Notes: a model not told the origin generated them from the sequence alone. A DNA stretch of 64,000 nt from Waterburya sp. (GCA_965217895.1 CBDCJV010000002.1:992001-1056000); one strand, 5' to 3'. Shown: positions 10,095 through 19,302, numbered from the stretch's first letter. Numbers and translations: made by a program.

Positions 10095-10607
10095 TTAATT
10101 CTTTTCATTGACTCTATCTTGGCAGCTTTGGCTTTTGTATCTTGGTGTTGTGATTTCATAACCTAGATTTTCCTCACCTAAGTTTTCTGTAATACTAAAT
10201 TGTAACTCAGTAAGATACATTTTGGCTAGCCTACCGTAGAATTTTTTCAATTTGAAGTTTTCGGCAGTAAATAAATAGGCTTCGGCATTGCTGTTTAAGT
10301 AGTGAAACTCTACCACATCTCTAACAATCTTACCCAAAAATCTCATTTCGACAATTGAAAGGAATTTCTTGGGTGGCTTATAATAATCTCCTGATTCAAA
10401 ATTAGCTTGCAAATCAAACTTAACAATAAAACTATTTGGTTTATAAGTTATTCCCAAATCGCTAGACTTTTCTTCTATCGTTAAGGAATCGTACAGATCG
10501 TTAACAGGGTTGAATAACATCAAGTATTCTACCTTAAACACCTCAAATCTAATGATTTGACCGCTTATATTTTCATAATTAAAGTCTTCTAGTTGCCAAC
10601 TGCTCAA
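10095..10607 (-). CDS. Hypothetical protein in the RiPP operon, possibly with a GNAT-like fold
   Basis: 170-aa ORF 46 bp downstream of the ATP-grasp gene, with an AAGGAG RBS. C-terminal part reads AYLFTAENFKLKKFYGRL. Confidence 0.7.
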   Translation of the reverse strand: MSSWQLEDFNYENISGQIIRFEVFKVEYLMLFNPVNDLYDSLTIEEKSSDLGITYKPNSFIVKFDLQANFESGDYYKPPKKFLSIVEMRFLGKIVRDVVEFHYLNSNAEAYLFTAENFKLKKFYGRLAKMYLTELQFSITENLGEENLGYEITTPRYKSQSCQDRVNEKN

Positions 10608-10653
10608 TTAATCAATTCTCCTTTTTATTGATTAGTGGGCAACGTAGCTCTGC

Positions 10654-11568
10654 TTATGTTGTTAAAAAATTTATAACAGCTTCAAATAAACCATTATTTC
10701 CTGATAAATCAAGCCATGCCCATTGTCCATTGGGATTTACTTCAAGAAACGTGGTATTTTGACAGTTTTTATCTTTTGTCATTAAATCAAGTCTTCCAAA
10801 TCTTAAACCTAAATCACGCATGAAATAATCGATATTTGTTGAAAGCTCAACGGGAAGTTCTACTTTTTCCCAACTACTATCCACAAGCGGAGTTCCAATT
10901 GCCTGTCTCCAATCCAAACCATTTAAAAGATTACGGTCAAGTACAAACCCATATTGTTGCCCATCTAAATAAACAACAGTTAAGTCGTAATCATTATCAA
11001 CCTTCTCCTGAATAAACCATGTCCAACCATCGTCAAGTTCTTCAGGGTTAACTGCACTTGTATAAATAACCTTTGCAGGTGTGCCAGTACCAGTAATAGG
11101 TTTCCCAGTAACACTTTTAATAATCCAGTTTTTACTTTTCCAATTTTTGCTACTAGGTTGTGATGTAAATGCCCAGGGTGAAACCTGCAAATACCTACTC
11201 GCTACTCGAAGTTGATAGAACTTATCAATCGTAGTATTGTAGTGTGGATCTATGGGTATCTTGCAAGGGTTTTCTCTGCGAACCCATGAGATAATTGATT
11301 GAACAGCGTTCTTAAATTCCTGGAAGCAATACCAAACTTCACCTGGTTCAGTAGGAACTTCAAAAACAGGTTTTCTCCAAATTATATTGTCTAGTGTTGT
11401 GTCGCTAATTTCTCGACCAAATTTATCTGCAATCCAGAAGCCAGAGTCGTGAATTTCAATATCGTATTCTTGCCAACGTTCCCAATTTACACGAAGAACA
11501 TTATTGGAAAGCCTTTCACAAATTAAATCACTTGTTACATCTCCACTAGAGGTAATAAGCAGGTGCAT
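10654..11568 (-). CDS. RiPP-modifying ATP-grasp ligase (MvdC/MvdD-like graspetide synthetase)
   Basis: LLITSSGDVTSD start, then IIWRKP, DKFYQL, IIKSV, FIQEKV, DWRQ, FGRLDLM and FLEVNPNGQWAWL. Confidence 0.9.
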   Translation of the reverse strand: MHLLITSSGDVTSDLICERLSNNVLRVNWERWQEYDIEIHDSGFWIADKFGREISDTTLDNIIWRKPVFEVPTEPGEVWYCFQEFKNAVQSIISWVRRENPCKIPIDPHYNTTIDKFYQLRVASRYLQVSPWAFTSQPSSKNWKSKNWIIKSVTGKPITGTGTPAKVIYTSAVNPEELDDGWTWFIQEKVDNDYDLTVVYLDGQQYGFVLDRNLLNGLDWRQAIGTPLVDSSWEKVELPVELSTNIDYFMRDLGLRFGRLDLMTKDKNCQNTTFLEVNPNGQWAWLDLSGNNGLFEAVINFLTT

Positions 11569-11586
11569 AAGAACTTTTTAGTAATA

Positions 11587-11635
11587 GTGAGACGACACTC
11601 AATAATAGTCAAAAGTATAAAAGGTGTCATCTCAC
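11587..11635 (-). promoter_or_regulatory. Intergenic stem-loop between the precursor and ligase genes
   Basis: On the mRNA strand GUGAGAUGACAC pairs with GUGUCGUCUCAC (12 bp, one U-G wobble). Confidence 0.6.
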
Positions 11636-11681
11636 AAACGTCTTGATTTTTTAAATTGAGTAATAAGAATTACTCTTCACA

Positions 11682-11879
11682 TTAATCAGCATCGCTATCA
11701 TATGGCTTACCGCTGCCATCGAAAGTCTGAGTGCTTCTTGACATTTCCAATCCATGAGTATTGGCATAGTCTTTGCTGACACCATACTGTAATTTAGAGT
11801 CGTACTTTGGTAATGCCGAGATATCGAATGAAGGAGGAGTCTTAGCAAATACAATTGGGGATTGTTTTTGTTGGTTCAT
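11682..11879 (-). CDS. Putative graspetide precursor peptide (65 aa)
   Basis: Directly upstream of the ligase. Leader carries PIVFA...PKYDSKLQ; the C-terminal core SRSTQTFDGSGKPYDSDAD has S/T/K donors and terminal DxDxD acceptors. Confidence 0.85.
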   Translation of the reverse strand: MNQQKQSPIVFAKTPPSFDISALPKYDSKLQYGVSKDYANTHGLEMSRSTQTFDGSGKPYDSDAD

Positions 11880-12020
11880 TTGAGTTTTTACTTAAAAATT
11901 AACCACTTCATAATATATTTAAAACTATGAATAGTCCTCTGAGTTTCCACGGATTCTTGAAGGGAAAATTTTAGAACCTAATTTTAAAATAAGTAAATAA
12001 GTATTTACTGCCAAACAAAA

Positions 12021-12275
12021 TTATTTACAGTTTTGTAGTTCTAAATGCCCTCTATTAGTTAGTTGGCATCCACAGTAAAACGTCCTTGGTTCAATACCAT
12101 CAGGATAAGGAGTAGCTTGTATATAGTCCTCATTTTTAAGTTGTTCAATACTATCTCTAACAACATATTCATTTAAACCAGTGCTTTCTATTATGCTATG
12201 GCAATCAGATTGTTCATTACCAATAGCTTTAAGTATTTGACACTGTTGATTTGTTATCTGCATATTCAACTCCAA
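12021..12275 (-). CDS. Small winged-helix-like protein
   Basis: QILKAI...IIESTGLNEYVVRDSIEQLKNEDYI...LTNRG pattern. Confidence 0.55.
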   Translation of the reverse strand: MELNMQITNQQCQILKAIGNEQSDCHSIIESTGLNEYVVRDSIEQLKNEDYIQATPYPDGIEPRTFYCGCQLTNRGHLELQNCK

Positions 12276-12392
12276 ACTTTTAGTTTTCTATCTTAGTGTT
12301 CCCCCTATGATTATTTTTCTTACTAATCTTTAGAATTGTGGCGATCGCCTTATCTCAATTAGAATACTTATATTCCTCCTCCTTGCAAATAA

Positions 12393-13751
12393 ATGTCTAC
12401 CCTACTTGTCAAAAATATTCATACTCTCGTCACCATGGACGATGAACGTCGCGAGATTCGTCGAGGTGCATTATTAGTAAGAGATAATATAATCGAACAA
12501 GTGGGGACAACGGAGGAATTACACGATACTGCCGATGAAATATTAGATCTAAAAGATAAGCATATAGTCTTACCTGGTTTAGTTAATACCCATCATCATT
12601 TCTTTCAAAACCTAACTCGCGTAACTCCCGCAGGACAAAATGGCGATCTGTTTCAATGGCTGACGGCGCACTATCCTCTGTGGGCTAATCTTACTGGAGA
12701 AGGAATGTATTATAGTTCCCAGTTAGCAGCAGCAGAACTAATTCTCTCAGGTTGTACTACAGCTAGCGATCATCATTATTTATTTCCTAATGATTGCACT
12801 CTTGACGAACAAATCCGCGCTGTAGAAGATATTGGCTTGAGATTTCATGCTAGTCGAGGCAGTATGAGCGTAGGAGAAAGTAACGGCGGTTTGCCTCCAG
12901 ATTTTTTGGTGGAAAAAGAAGCAAATATTTTAAAAGATTCTCAAAGATTAATCGAAGAATATCATAATTGCGATCGCTATTCTATGTTAAGAATAGTCCT
13001 TGCTCCCTGTTCGCCTTTCTCTGTATCTCAAGATTTAATGAAGGAGTCGGCTGCAATGGCGCGGAGTTATCCAGGAGTAAGGCTACATACCCATCTAGCA
13101 GAAACTAAAGGGGATGTGGAGTATAGCCTGTCTAAATTTAATTTAATTCCTGGAGACTATGCCGAGTCCGTTGGCTGGCTGGGAAATGATGTCTGGCACG
13201 CTCATTGTGTAAAATTAAGCGATCGCGCGATCGATAAGTTTGGTCAAACTGGAACTGGAGTGGCACATTGTCCCTGTAGTAATATGCGTTTGGCTAGCGG
13301 TATTGCACCTATCCGTAAAATGCTCAATGCGAATGTTCCCGTGGGCTTGGGCGTAGACGGTGCAGCTTCTAACGATACCACAAACTTGTTTCATGAAGCC
13401 CGTCAAGCGTTTCTACTCGCCCGCGTCAGAGATGAAGATGCTTCAGTAATGACCGCCCGTGATGCTTTGGAGATTGCCACTAGAAGCGGTGCGAGGGTTT
13501 TAGGCAGAGATGATGTTGGCTATCTCGCACCAGGGATGGCAGCCGATTTTATTGCGGTGGATTTGGATAAGCCTGGTTTTGTGGGGACGCAACAAGACTC
13601 TGTTGCTGCATTAATTTACTGTCAAACTGATTATGTAGACTATAGCTTTATTAATGGTAAAAAAATTGTGGATCGAGGTAATTTAACTACTATTGAGCTT
13701 GAGCAAATAATCGAAAAGAGCAATCAAATTGCCGTAAAATTAGCCGAATAA
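12393..13751 (+). CDS. 8-oxoguanine deaminase-like amidohydrolase
   Basis: PGLVNTHHHFFQ, GCTTASDHHY, RFHASRGSMS, HTHLAE, HCPCSNMRLASG and GVDG motifs. Confidence 0.85.
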   Translation: MSTLLVKNIHTLVTMDDERREIRRGALLVRDNIIEQVGTTEELHDTADEILDLKDKHIVLPGLVNTHHHFFQNLTRVTPAGQNGDLFQWLTAHYPLWANLTGEGMYYSSQLAAAELILSGCTTASDHHYLFPNDCTLDEQIRAVEDIGLRFHASRGSMSVGESNGGLPPDFLVEKEANILKDSQRLIEEYHNCDRYSMLRIVLAPCSPFSVSQDLMKESAAMARSYPGVRLHTHLAETKGDVEYSLSKFNLIPGDYAESVGWLGNDVWHAHCVKLSDRAIDKFGQTGTGVAHCPCSNMRLASGIAPIRKMLNANVPVGLGVDGAASNDTTNLFHEARQAFLLARVRDEDASVMTARDALEIATRSGARVLGRDDVGYLAPGMAADFIAVDLDKPGFVGTQQDSVAALIYCQTDYVDYSFINGKKIVDRGNLTTIELEQIIEKSNQIAVKLAE

Positions 13752-13818
13752 TTGCTTTTTTCAGCTTTACCTCCACTGTATTGCAGAGACTACCAACATA
13801 ATTCCAATTAATTTCTTT

Positions 13819-15303
13819 TCAGTTAAGCAAAATTTCTCCATAAACATCAACATTATCCATAAAAGAGTTATCAGTATCAGTAGCAAAATTATTACTAAAT
13901 TTAGGTAATGATTTTAAAGAAGCAACTACAGCAATGCGATCGCTATTTGCCTGTTGTGCTAAAGCTGGAGTAATCATAAAAATAGCACCGCCTTTTCCTT
14001 GACCTGGATTTATCCCGTTGCCAGCGATCGCCTTATTATTTATAAAGGTAGTCCGAGATAAAATTAATTGACCAGAACGAATAAAAATAGCACCACCTAA
14101 ACCAGCACCACTACCGCTATAACCAACTCCACCATTGCTACCACCAAAGAGACTTTTTCCTCCTTGACCTGAGTTGCCAGCTATTTTTCCAAAACCGCCG
14201 TTACCGCCACTTCCTCCTCCTGCGCCAAAACCGCCGTTTCCACCGTTGCCACCATCACCGCCATTTCCTTCTGAGATAAAACTGCCTCCGTTACCGCCAT
14301 TGCCTGCATTGCCAAAACCGCCAAAACCTCCCCCTCCACCAAAGATTACTGTCCCGATGCCACCTCGATCATCAATTAAGCCAAAACTACCAAATATTCC
14401 TGTTCCACCGTTACCGCCATCACCGCCATTACCGCCGTTTCCGCCTTCGCTACCACCGTTACCGCCATTGCCACCATTACCCGCGTTACCAAAGCCGCCA
14501 AAGCCGCCACCACCACCAAAAACAATACTGCCAATGCCATTTACTCCAATCCCGTTAACTCCTGCTACAGCACCTCGATTAATGTCATATCTATTACTGT
14601 TGCTATCTATTTCAATCTCTCTGGCTTTTAAATCAATATTGGCTAAATTGTTAAGGCTAATACCATTAATTTCGGATGTAGCTCCACGATTAACCTTAAA
14701 ATGGTGGTTATTTTCAATAATGCGACTGTTTACAGGGTATTGCTTGAGTTGTTGCTCAATTAATCTTTTTCCATCTCCCCCAATTGCCCGATTACCATTG
14801 AATGTCACCTCACTAAGAATTACCATTCCCTTATCGATAAATAATCCGCCTCCCATTCCTGCGGATGCACCAGCACCATTATGACCAGCTTCTCCTTGAG
14901 CTAGACCATTACTAATAGTCAGCTTGCTGATACTTATTTCTCCTTGTTCGATATAAAAAATTCGATGAAGATTGTTACCGTTAATCACATCGTTACCATC
15001 ACCGATGATTGCTAAATTGCCGCGAATTTTGGGTAAAGGAGAATTTAGAATAATCTTGCCGCTAACTTGACTTAAATCGATCGCATTATCATCGGGATAC
15101 TGATTGGCTAAAGCGATCGCCGATCTCAACGAACCCGAACCTCGATCGTCAGTAGTAGTAACCATAATTCGAGTTGGAATTAAGTCTATCTCTACCTCTG
15201 CTGCTATTGCTGGAGTAATACCTAATCCAATCCAGAGCAAAATTGATAACCAAAATAGTCTTAATATATTTACCGAACTCAATAAATTAGTTACAATATT
15301 CAT
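13819..15303 (-). CDS. Secreted glycine-rich protein
   Basis: Signal peptide, VTTTDDRGSGSLRSAI motif, GNGG repeats and GGAIF motifs. Confidence 0.8.
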   Translation of the reverse strand: MNIVTNLLSSVNILRLFWLSILLWIGLGITPAIAAEVEIDLIPTRIMVTTTDDRGSGSLRSAIALANQYPDDNAIDLSQVSGKIILNSPLPKIRGNLAIIGDGNDVINGNNLHRIFYIEQGEISISKLTISNGLAQGEAGHNGAGASAGMGGGLFIDKGMVILSEVTFNGNRAIGGDGKRLIEQQLKQYPVNSRIIENNHHFKVNRGATSEINGISLNNLANIDLKAREIEIDSNSNRYDINRGAVAGVNGIGVNGIGSIVFGGGGGFGGFGNAGNGGNGGNGGSEGGNGGNGGDGGNGGTGIFGSFGLIDDRGGIGTVIFGGGGGFGGFGNAGNGGNGGSFISEGNGGDGGNGGNGGFGAGGGSGGNGGFGKIAGNSGQGGKSLFGGSNGGVGYSGSGAGLGGAIFIRSGQLILSRTTFINNKAIAGNGINPGQGKGGAIFMITPALAQQANSDRIAVVASLKSLPKFSNNFATDTDNSFMDNVDVYGEILLN

Positions 15304-15348
15304 AAATCAAATAAACTTTCAGTAGCTTTCGCTACATTTTTATAAAAT

Positions 15349-15636
15349 ATGTCTAACTATTGGGGAAATTATTGGCAACCAAAACAATCACCGAAAGATC
15401 TAGCTGTATCTCAACCTGATAAATGGTTATCTAGATTGTTTGCTAAGGGACAGTCTTCCTTAGCTAATACATTGGTTAGAGAATTATCTTTGTCGAGGCA
15501 AGTCGAACATCTGCAAAGATGTAATAATTTGGATTCAACGCAGCCAGCAAAGCGTACTCAAATTAGTGAATTTACTTTAGCAGAACCTTTAGGCACAGCC
15601 AAGCGATCGCTGATCGAAATGCTCTACGGTAAGTAA
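15349..15636 (+). CDS. Hypothetical protein
   Basis: 95-aa ATG ORF that fills the gap between two genes without overlap. Confidence 0.45.
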   Translation: MSNYWGNYWQPKQSPKDLAVSQPDKWLSRLFAKGQSSLANTLVRELSLSRQVEHLQRCNNLDSTQPAKRTQISEFTLAEPLGTAKRSLIEMLYGK

Positions 15637-15639
15637 TTT

Positions 15640-16962
15640 TTAGGCAAATTGAACAGCCTTACCCGCAACATAAGTAGCTGTTACCGCACGTTCATCCCCT
15701 AAAATCATCATGGCAAAGGCTTTTTCAGTTAATTCGGCTAGATTTTTTGATTTAGAGTCAGGGTTACGCAGTTTCATTAAAGGTGTAGCTTGTAAATCCC
15801 AAACTACGAAATCAGCCTCTTTTCCTGGTTCAAAGCTACCAATTCGATCTTCTAAAGAAAGAGCTTTAGCTGCACCAAGAGTTGCTAAATAAAAAGCCTG
15901 AAATACCGATAAGCTTTCGTTTTGCAACTGCATAACTTTATAAGCCTCACTCATGGTTTTTAGCTGAGAAAGACTGATTCCGCCTCCTACATCAGTAGCT
16001 AAACCGACTTTGATTGGGGTTTGAGTTGATTTTGCCTGGTTGAGCTTAAATAATCCACTGCCTAAAAATAGATTAGAAGTTGGGCAAAAAGCGATCGCCG
16101 CACCTGCATCTGATAACCTGACAAAAGCCGAATCATCTAATTGAATACAGTGAGCTAGAATAGTGCGATCGCTTACTAAGCCAAACTGTTCGTATACATT
16201 TAAATAGTCTTTGCTTTCAGGAAAAAGTTCGGCAGTAAACTGCACTTCTTGAACATTCTCTGCTAAATGAGTATGGACATAGACATCGGGAAATTCAGCT
16301 TTTAACTTACCTGCTAGAGATAATTCTTCTGGAGTTGAAGTGATTGCAAAACGGGGGGTAATCGCATAAAGCAATCGGTCTAACCCATGCCACTGTTGAA
16401 TTTGTTCGCGAGTCTGGGCATAAGCAGTTTGAGCATCGTTGAGCAAAAAATCTGGTGCATTGCGCGTCATCAACATTTGCCCTGCAATAATTCGCATCTG
16501 ACGACTTTGTGCCTCAGTAAATATAGCTTCCACTGACTGAGGAAAAATCGTAGTCAAAATTACGGCTGTTGTTGTACCGTTGCGTAATAGTTCGTCAAGA
16601 AAAAAAGAAGCGATTTGACGGGCATACTCTGCATCTTTGAACTTAGCTTCAGTAGGAAAAGTATACTGATCGAGCCATTCCATCAACTGTTCCCCATAGG
16701 CAGCAATCATCTCCGTTTGGGGATAGTGAACGTGAAGATCGATTAAGCCTGGAGTAATTAATTTATCTCGATAGCTAGTAATTTCATCATTGGCATATTG
16801 TTCTTTTAAGCTTTCATAAGTCCCAAAAGCCTTGATTTTGCCAGACTCTACTACCAATAGCCCATCTGGCAGATAACGAACGCTATCAGCTTCTGATTGA
16901 TAAAAAGGATCGTTAACAAAATCTAAAAATGAACCGCGAATTATTTTAGTAGATGATGACAT
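15640..16962 (-). CDS. guaD: Guanine deaminase
   Basis: DLHVHYPQ, YAITPRFA, HTHLAEN, FCPTSNLFLGSG and TDVGGG motifs. Confidence 0.95.
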   Translation of the reverse strand: MSSSTKIIRGSFLDFVNDPFYQSEADSVRYLPDGLLVVESGKIKAFGTYESLKEQYANDEITSYRDKLITPGLIDLHVHYPQTEMIAAYGEQLMEWLDQYTFPTEAKFKDAEYARQIASFFLDELLRNGTTTAVILTTIFPQSVEAIFTEAQSRQMRIIAGQMLMTRNAPDFLLNDAQTAYAQTREQIQQWHGLDRLLYAITPRFAITSTPEELSLAGKLKAEFPDVYVHTHLAENVQEVQFTAELFPESKDYLNVYEQFGLVSDRTILAHCIQLDDSAFVRLSDAGAAIAFCPTSNLFLGSGLFKLNQAKSTQTPIKVGLATDVGGGISLSQLKTMSEAYKVMQLQNESLSVFQAFYLATLGAAKALSLEDRIGSFEPGKEADFVVWDLQATPLMKLRNPDSKSKNLAELTEKAFAMMILGDERAVTATYVAGKAVQFA

Positions 16963-17196
16963 GGTAAAAGATATCTTTTGAATAATTAATACTTAAACTC
17001 AAGTTTTAATTTACTGATTTCCTTTATCGAAAAGTTTTTAGTTTTTAGTAGCATTTCTTGCTTCTACCCTAAAGAGTTAGCTTTGCGTCAAAACTTAATT
17101 GAGTTTAAGAATCCATCGCCCTACGGTGTCTACAATTCACTTAGGGTTCAAAACTCTATTCGATTGACTAATTACTAATTACTAACAACTAATTAC

Positions 17197-17727
17197 TTAC
17201 TTGTAGCTTTGGGCTTTCTGATGATTTTGTTTAGTTTGAGAATAGGTTTGCTGCTGGTTATCTTTGTATTTGCTCGATTGTTGGGTGTCTGGATAATCTG
17301 CTTGCTGAGAATAACTAGAAGTTGATTGGCTTTGGCTTTGTTGAGCGGGTTTTTGCTCACTTTGATCAGACTGTTGAGTTTGAACAGCTACATAATCTTG
17401 CTGTATCCAACCTTCTCCTCGATCTTTCTGCTCAAATTTAACGTAATCCCATTGTTTACCCCGATTCCCTTCTATCTGTTGCAATATAGTAACGCGATCG
17501 CCTTTTTGGGCTTTACCCAAAGGCGACTTTTTGAAATCTGGTTGAGCATAAATCTTGATCGGGAGATCGCTGCTGGGGGCAGTTAAGGTAGCAGGTTGGT
17601 TTAGTTCTTGATTAGCTTGATAATTATTATAAGTATCAGCAGCTAATGAGCTGGAAATACCGCTAAAGAAGAGAGTGACTGTAATAATAACAACTATAAA
17701 TTTGTGGCGCATTTGCTGGAAATTCAT
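17197..17727 (-). CDS. Secreted SH3b-domain protein with Q/S-rich tail
   Basis: Signal peptide, then GDRVTIL...WDYVKF...EGWI. Confidence 0.75.
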   Translation of the reverse strand: MNFQQMRHKFIVVIITVTLFFSGISSSLAADTYNNYQANQELNQPATLTAPSSDLPIKIYAQPDFKKSPLGKAQKGDRVTILQQIEGNRGKQWDYVKFEQKDRGEGWIQQDYVAVQTQQSDQSEQKPAQQSQSQSTSSYSQQADYPDTQQSSKYKDNQQQTYSQTKQNHQKAQSYK

Positions 17728-17843
17728 TATTTTTTATACTCCAAAATAAATTACTAAGTAAATCAAAACTATTTAGGCAAACACATCATCAAAAATCATC
17801 AACTATTAGTTAATTTTTGAGTCGGGTTTTAAAATAATTGGCT

Positions 17844-19274
17844 CTAACCAAAACGAATAGTCATAAAGACAAATCTAATTACAAAAATAGCTGCCAAAAT
17901 CCAGGTGACTAGAGGTACTTCTCTAGCTTGTCCTTTAAAAGTTTTCAGTACAGGATAGGTAATCAAACCGACAGATAAACCTGCTGCGATCGAAAATCCC
18001 ATCGGAATAAAGAAAATAGTCAAAAAAGCAGGTATTGCTTCGGTTAAATCGTCCCATTTAATATTGACAATGCTCATCATCATCAACACCCCAACAATAG
18101 TTAATGCTGGTGCAGTGGCAAAAGCAGGAATTGCTTCAAAAATCGGCGTAAAAATCAACGAGATAAAGAATAATGCCGCTACAATTACTGAGGTAAATCC
18201 CGTTCTTCCTCCTTCAGCTACCCCTGAAGCAGATTCAACAAAGGTAGTGACACTAGATGTCCCCATAACCGCTCCTGCCGTAGTGGCGATCGCATCAGCA
18301 GAAAGAGCTTTATTGGCTCTGGGTAATTCGCCGTTTTCATCAATGTAACCTGCTTGTGTACCCACTCCCGCTAGAGTTCCAATCGTATCAAACATATCGA
18401 CGAAGAGAAATACCAGCAGTACAGCCACAAAATCAATAATATTACTTCCATTAAGCCCACCTAAACCAGTAATGGCTACCCCAAAAAGATTTTCGGGAAA
18501 AGCAGGAATCGAAGCAATACCTTTAGGTGCAGCAGCTATACCAAATACCCAACCCAAAATTGCTGTGCCTAAAATACCCCAAAGCAATGCGCCTTTGATG
18601 CGCCGAATCATAAAGAATGCCGTGAGAAAAATACCGAATACCGCCATAATTGTCTGAGGTTGGCGAAAACTACCAAAAGCAGTTTTGGTTACTTCATTGG
18701 CAACTACTAATCCTGCACCGCCTGTTTCTGTCGCTCCCCCCAAGCCAATATATGCCAGAAACAAACCAATCCCCACAGTAGTAGCTACTTTAATCGTATT
18801 GGGTACGGCAGTAATTAGATGACGACGAATATCGGTAACTGTCATAGCAATAAACACCAATCCTTCGACAAAGACGCAGGATAGAGCCAATCGCCAGTCA
18901 ATCCCCAATCCTAAAACGACGGAATAGGCAAAAAAAGCATTAATTCCCATGCCAGGAGCTAGAGCAAAAGGATATTTAGCTAGTAACGCCATGATCAGCG
19001 TACCAATGCCTGCTGAAACTGCTGTGGCAACAACTAATTCCGTAAATAAATCCTTTGGTTCGTTTAAGAAAATCGCATCAGATAAAATTAACGGATTAAC
19101 TACTAAGACATACGCCATAGTCATAAAGGTAGTCACCCCCGCTAATATCTCGGTGCGAAAGTTAGTTTGATAATAATCAAACTGAAAATAATTGGCGATC
19201 GCACCTTGCCATCCACTTCTAACTGGTGCAGACCTTGCCTCCTTTCTCTCTAACACATCCTTTTCTGTACTCAT
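17844..19274 (-). CDS. NCS2/AzgA-family purine permease
   Basis: TEILAGVTTFMTMAY, APGMGINAFF, DMFDTIGT and ESASGVAEGGRTG motifs. Confidence 0.93.
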   Translation of the reverse strand: MSTEKDVLERKEARSAPVRSGWQGAIANYFQFDYYQTNFRTEILAGVTTFMTMAYVLVVNPLILSDAIFLNEPKDLFTELVVATAVSAGIGTLIMALLAKYPFALAPGMGINAFFAYSVVLGLGIDWRLALSCVFVEGLVFIAMTVTDIRRHLITAVPNTIKVATTVGIGLFLAYIGLGGATETGGAGLVVANEVTKTAFGSFRQPQTIMAVFGIFLTAFFMIRRIKGALLWGILGTAILGWVFGIAAAPKGIASIPAFPENLFGVAITGLGGLNGSNIIDFVAVLLVFLFVDMFDTIGTLAGVGTQAGYIDENGELPRANKALSADAIATTAGAVMGTSSVTTFVESASGVAEGGRTGFTSVIVAALFFISLIFTPIFEAIPAFATAPALTIVGVLMMMSIVNIKWDDLTEAIPAFLTIFFIPMGFSIAAGLSVGLITYPVLKTFKGQAREVPLVTWILAAIFVIRFVFMTIRFG

Positions 19275-19302
19275 CTTTTCATTTTTGTTTCAGCCTCATT
19301 CT

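Noticed and set aside
11651..11854. 67-aa ORF overlapping the precursor in another frame
   Set aside because: It lacks a donor/acceptor core. The 11682-11879 frame has an ATG start and graspetide-like features.
11682..11879. Assignment as microviridin or as an aspartimide-containing graspetide
   Set aside because: There is no PFFARFL leader or TxKYPSD core and only one ligase. A DG motif is present, but no PIMT-like methyltransferase is nearby.
14174..14884. 236-aa proline-rich ORF on the + strand
   Set aside because: It is the antisense shadow of the GGN codons of the Gly-rich gene.
16963..17196. Purine/xanthine riboswitch upstream of guaD (also checked upstream of the permease and the deaminase)
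   Set aside because: The leaders are short and AT-rich, with no recognisable aptamer core.
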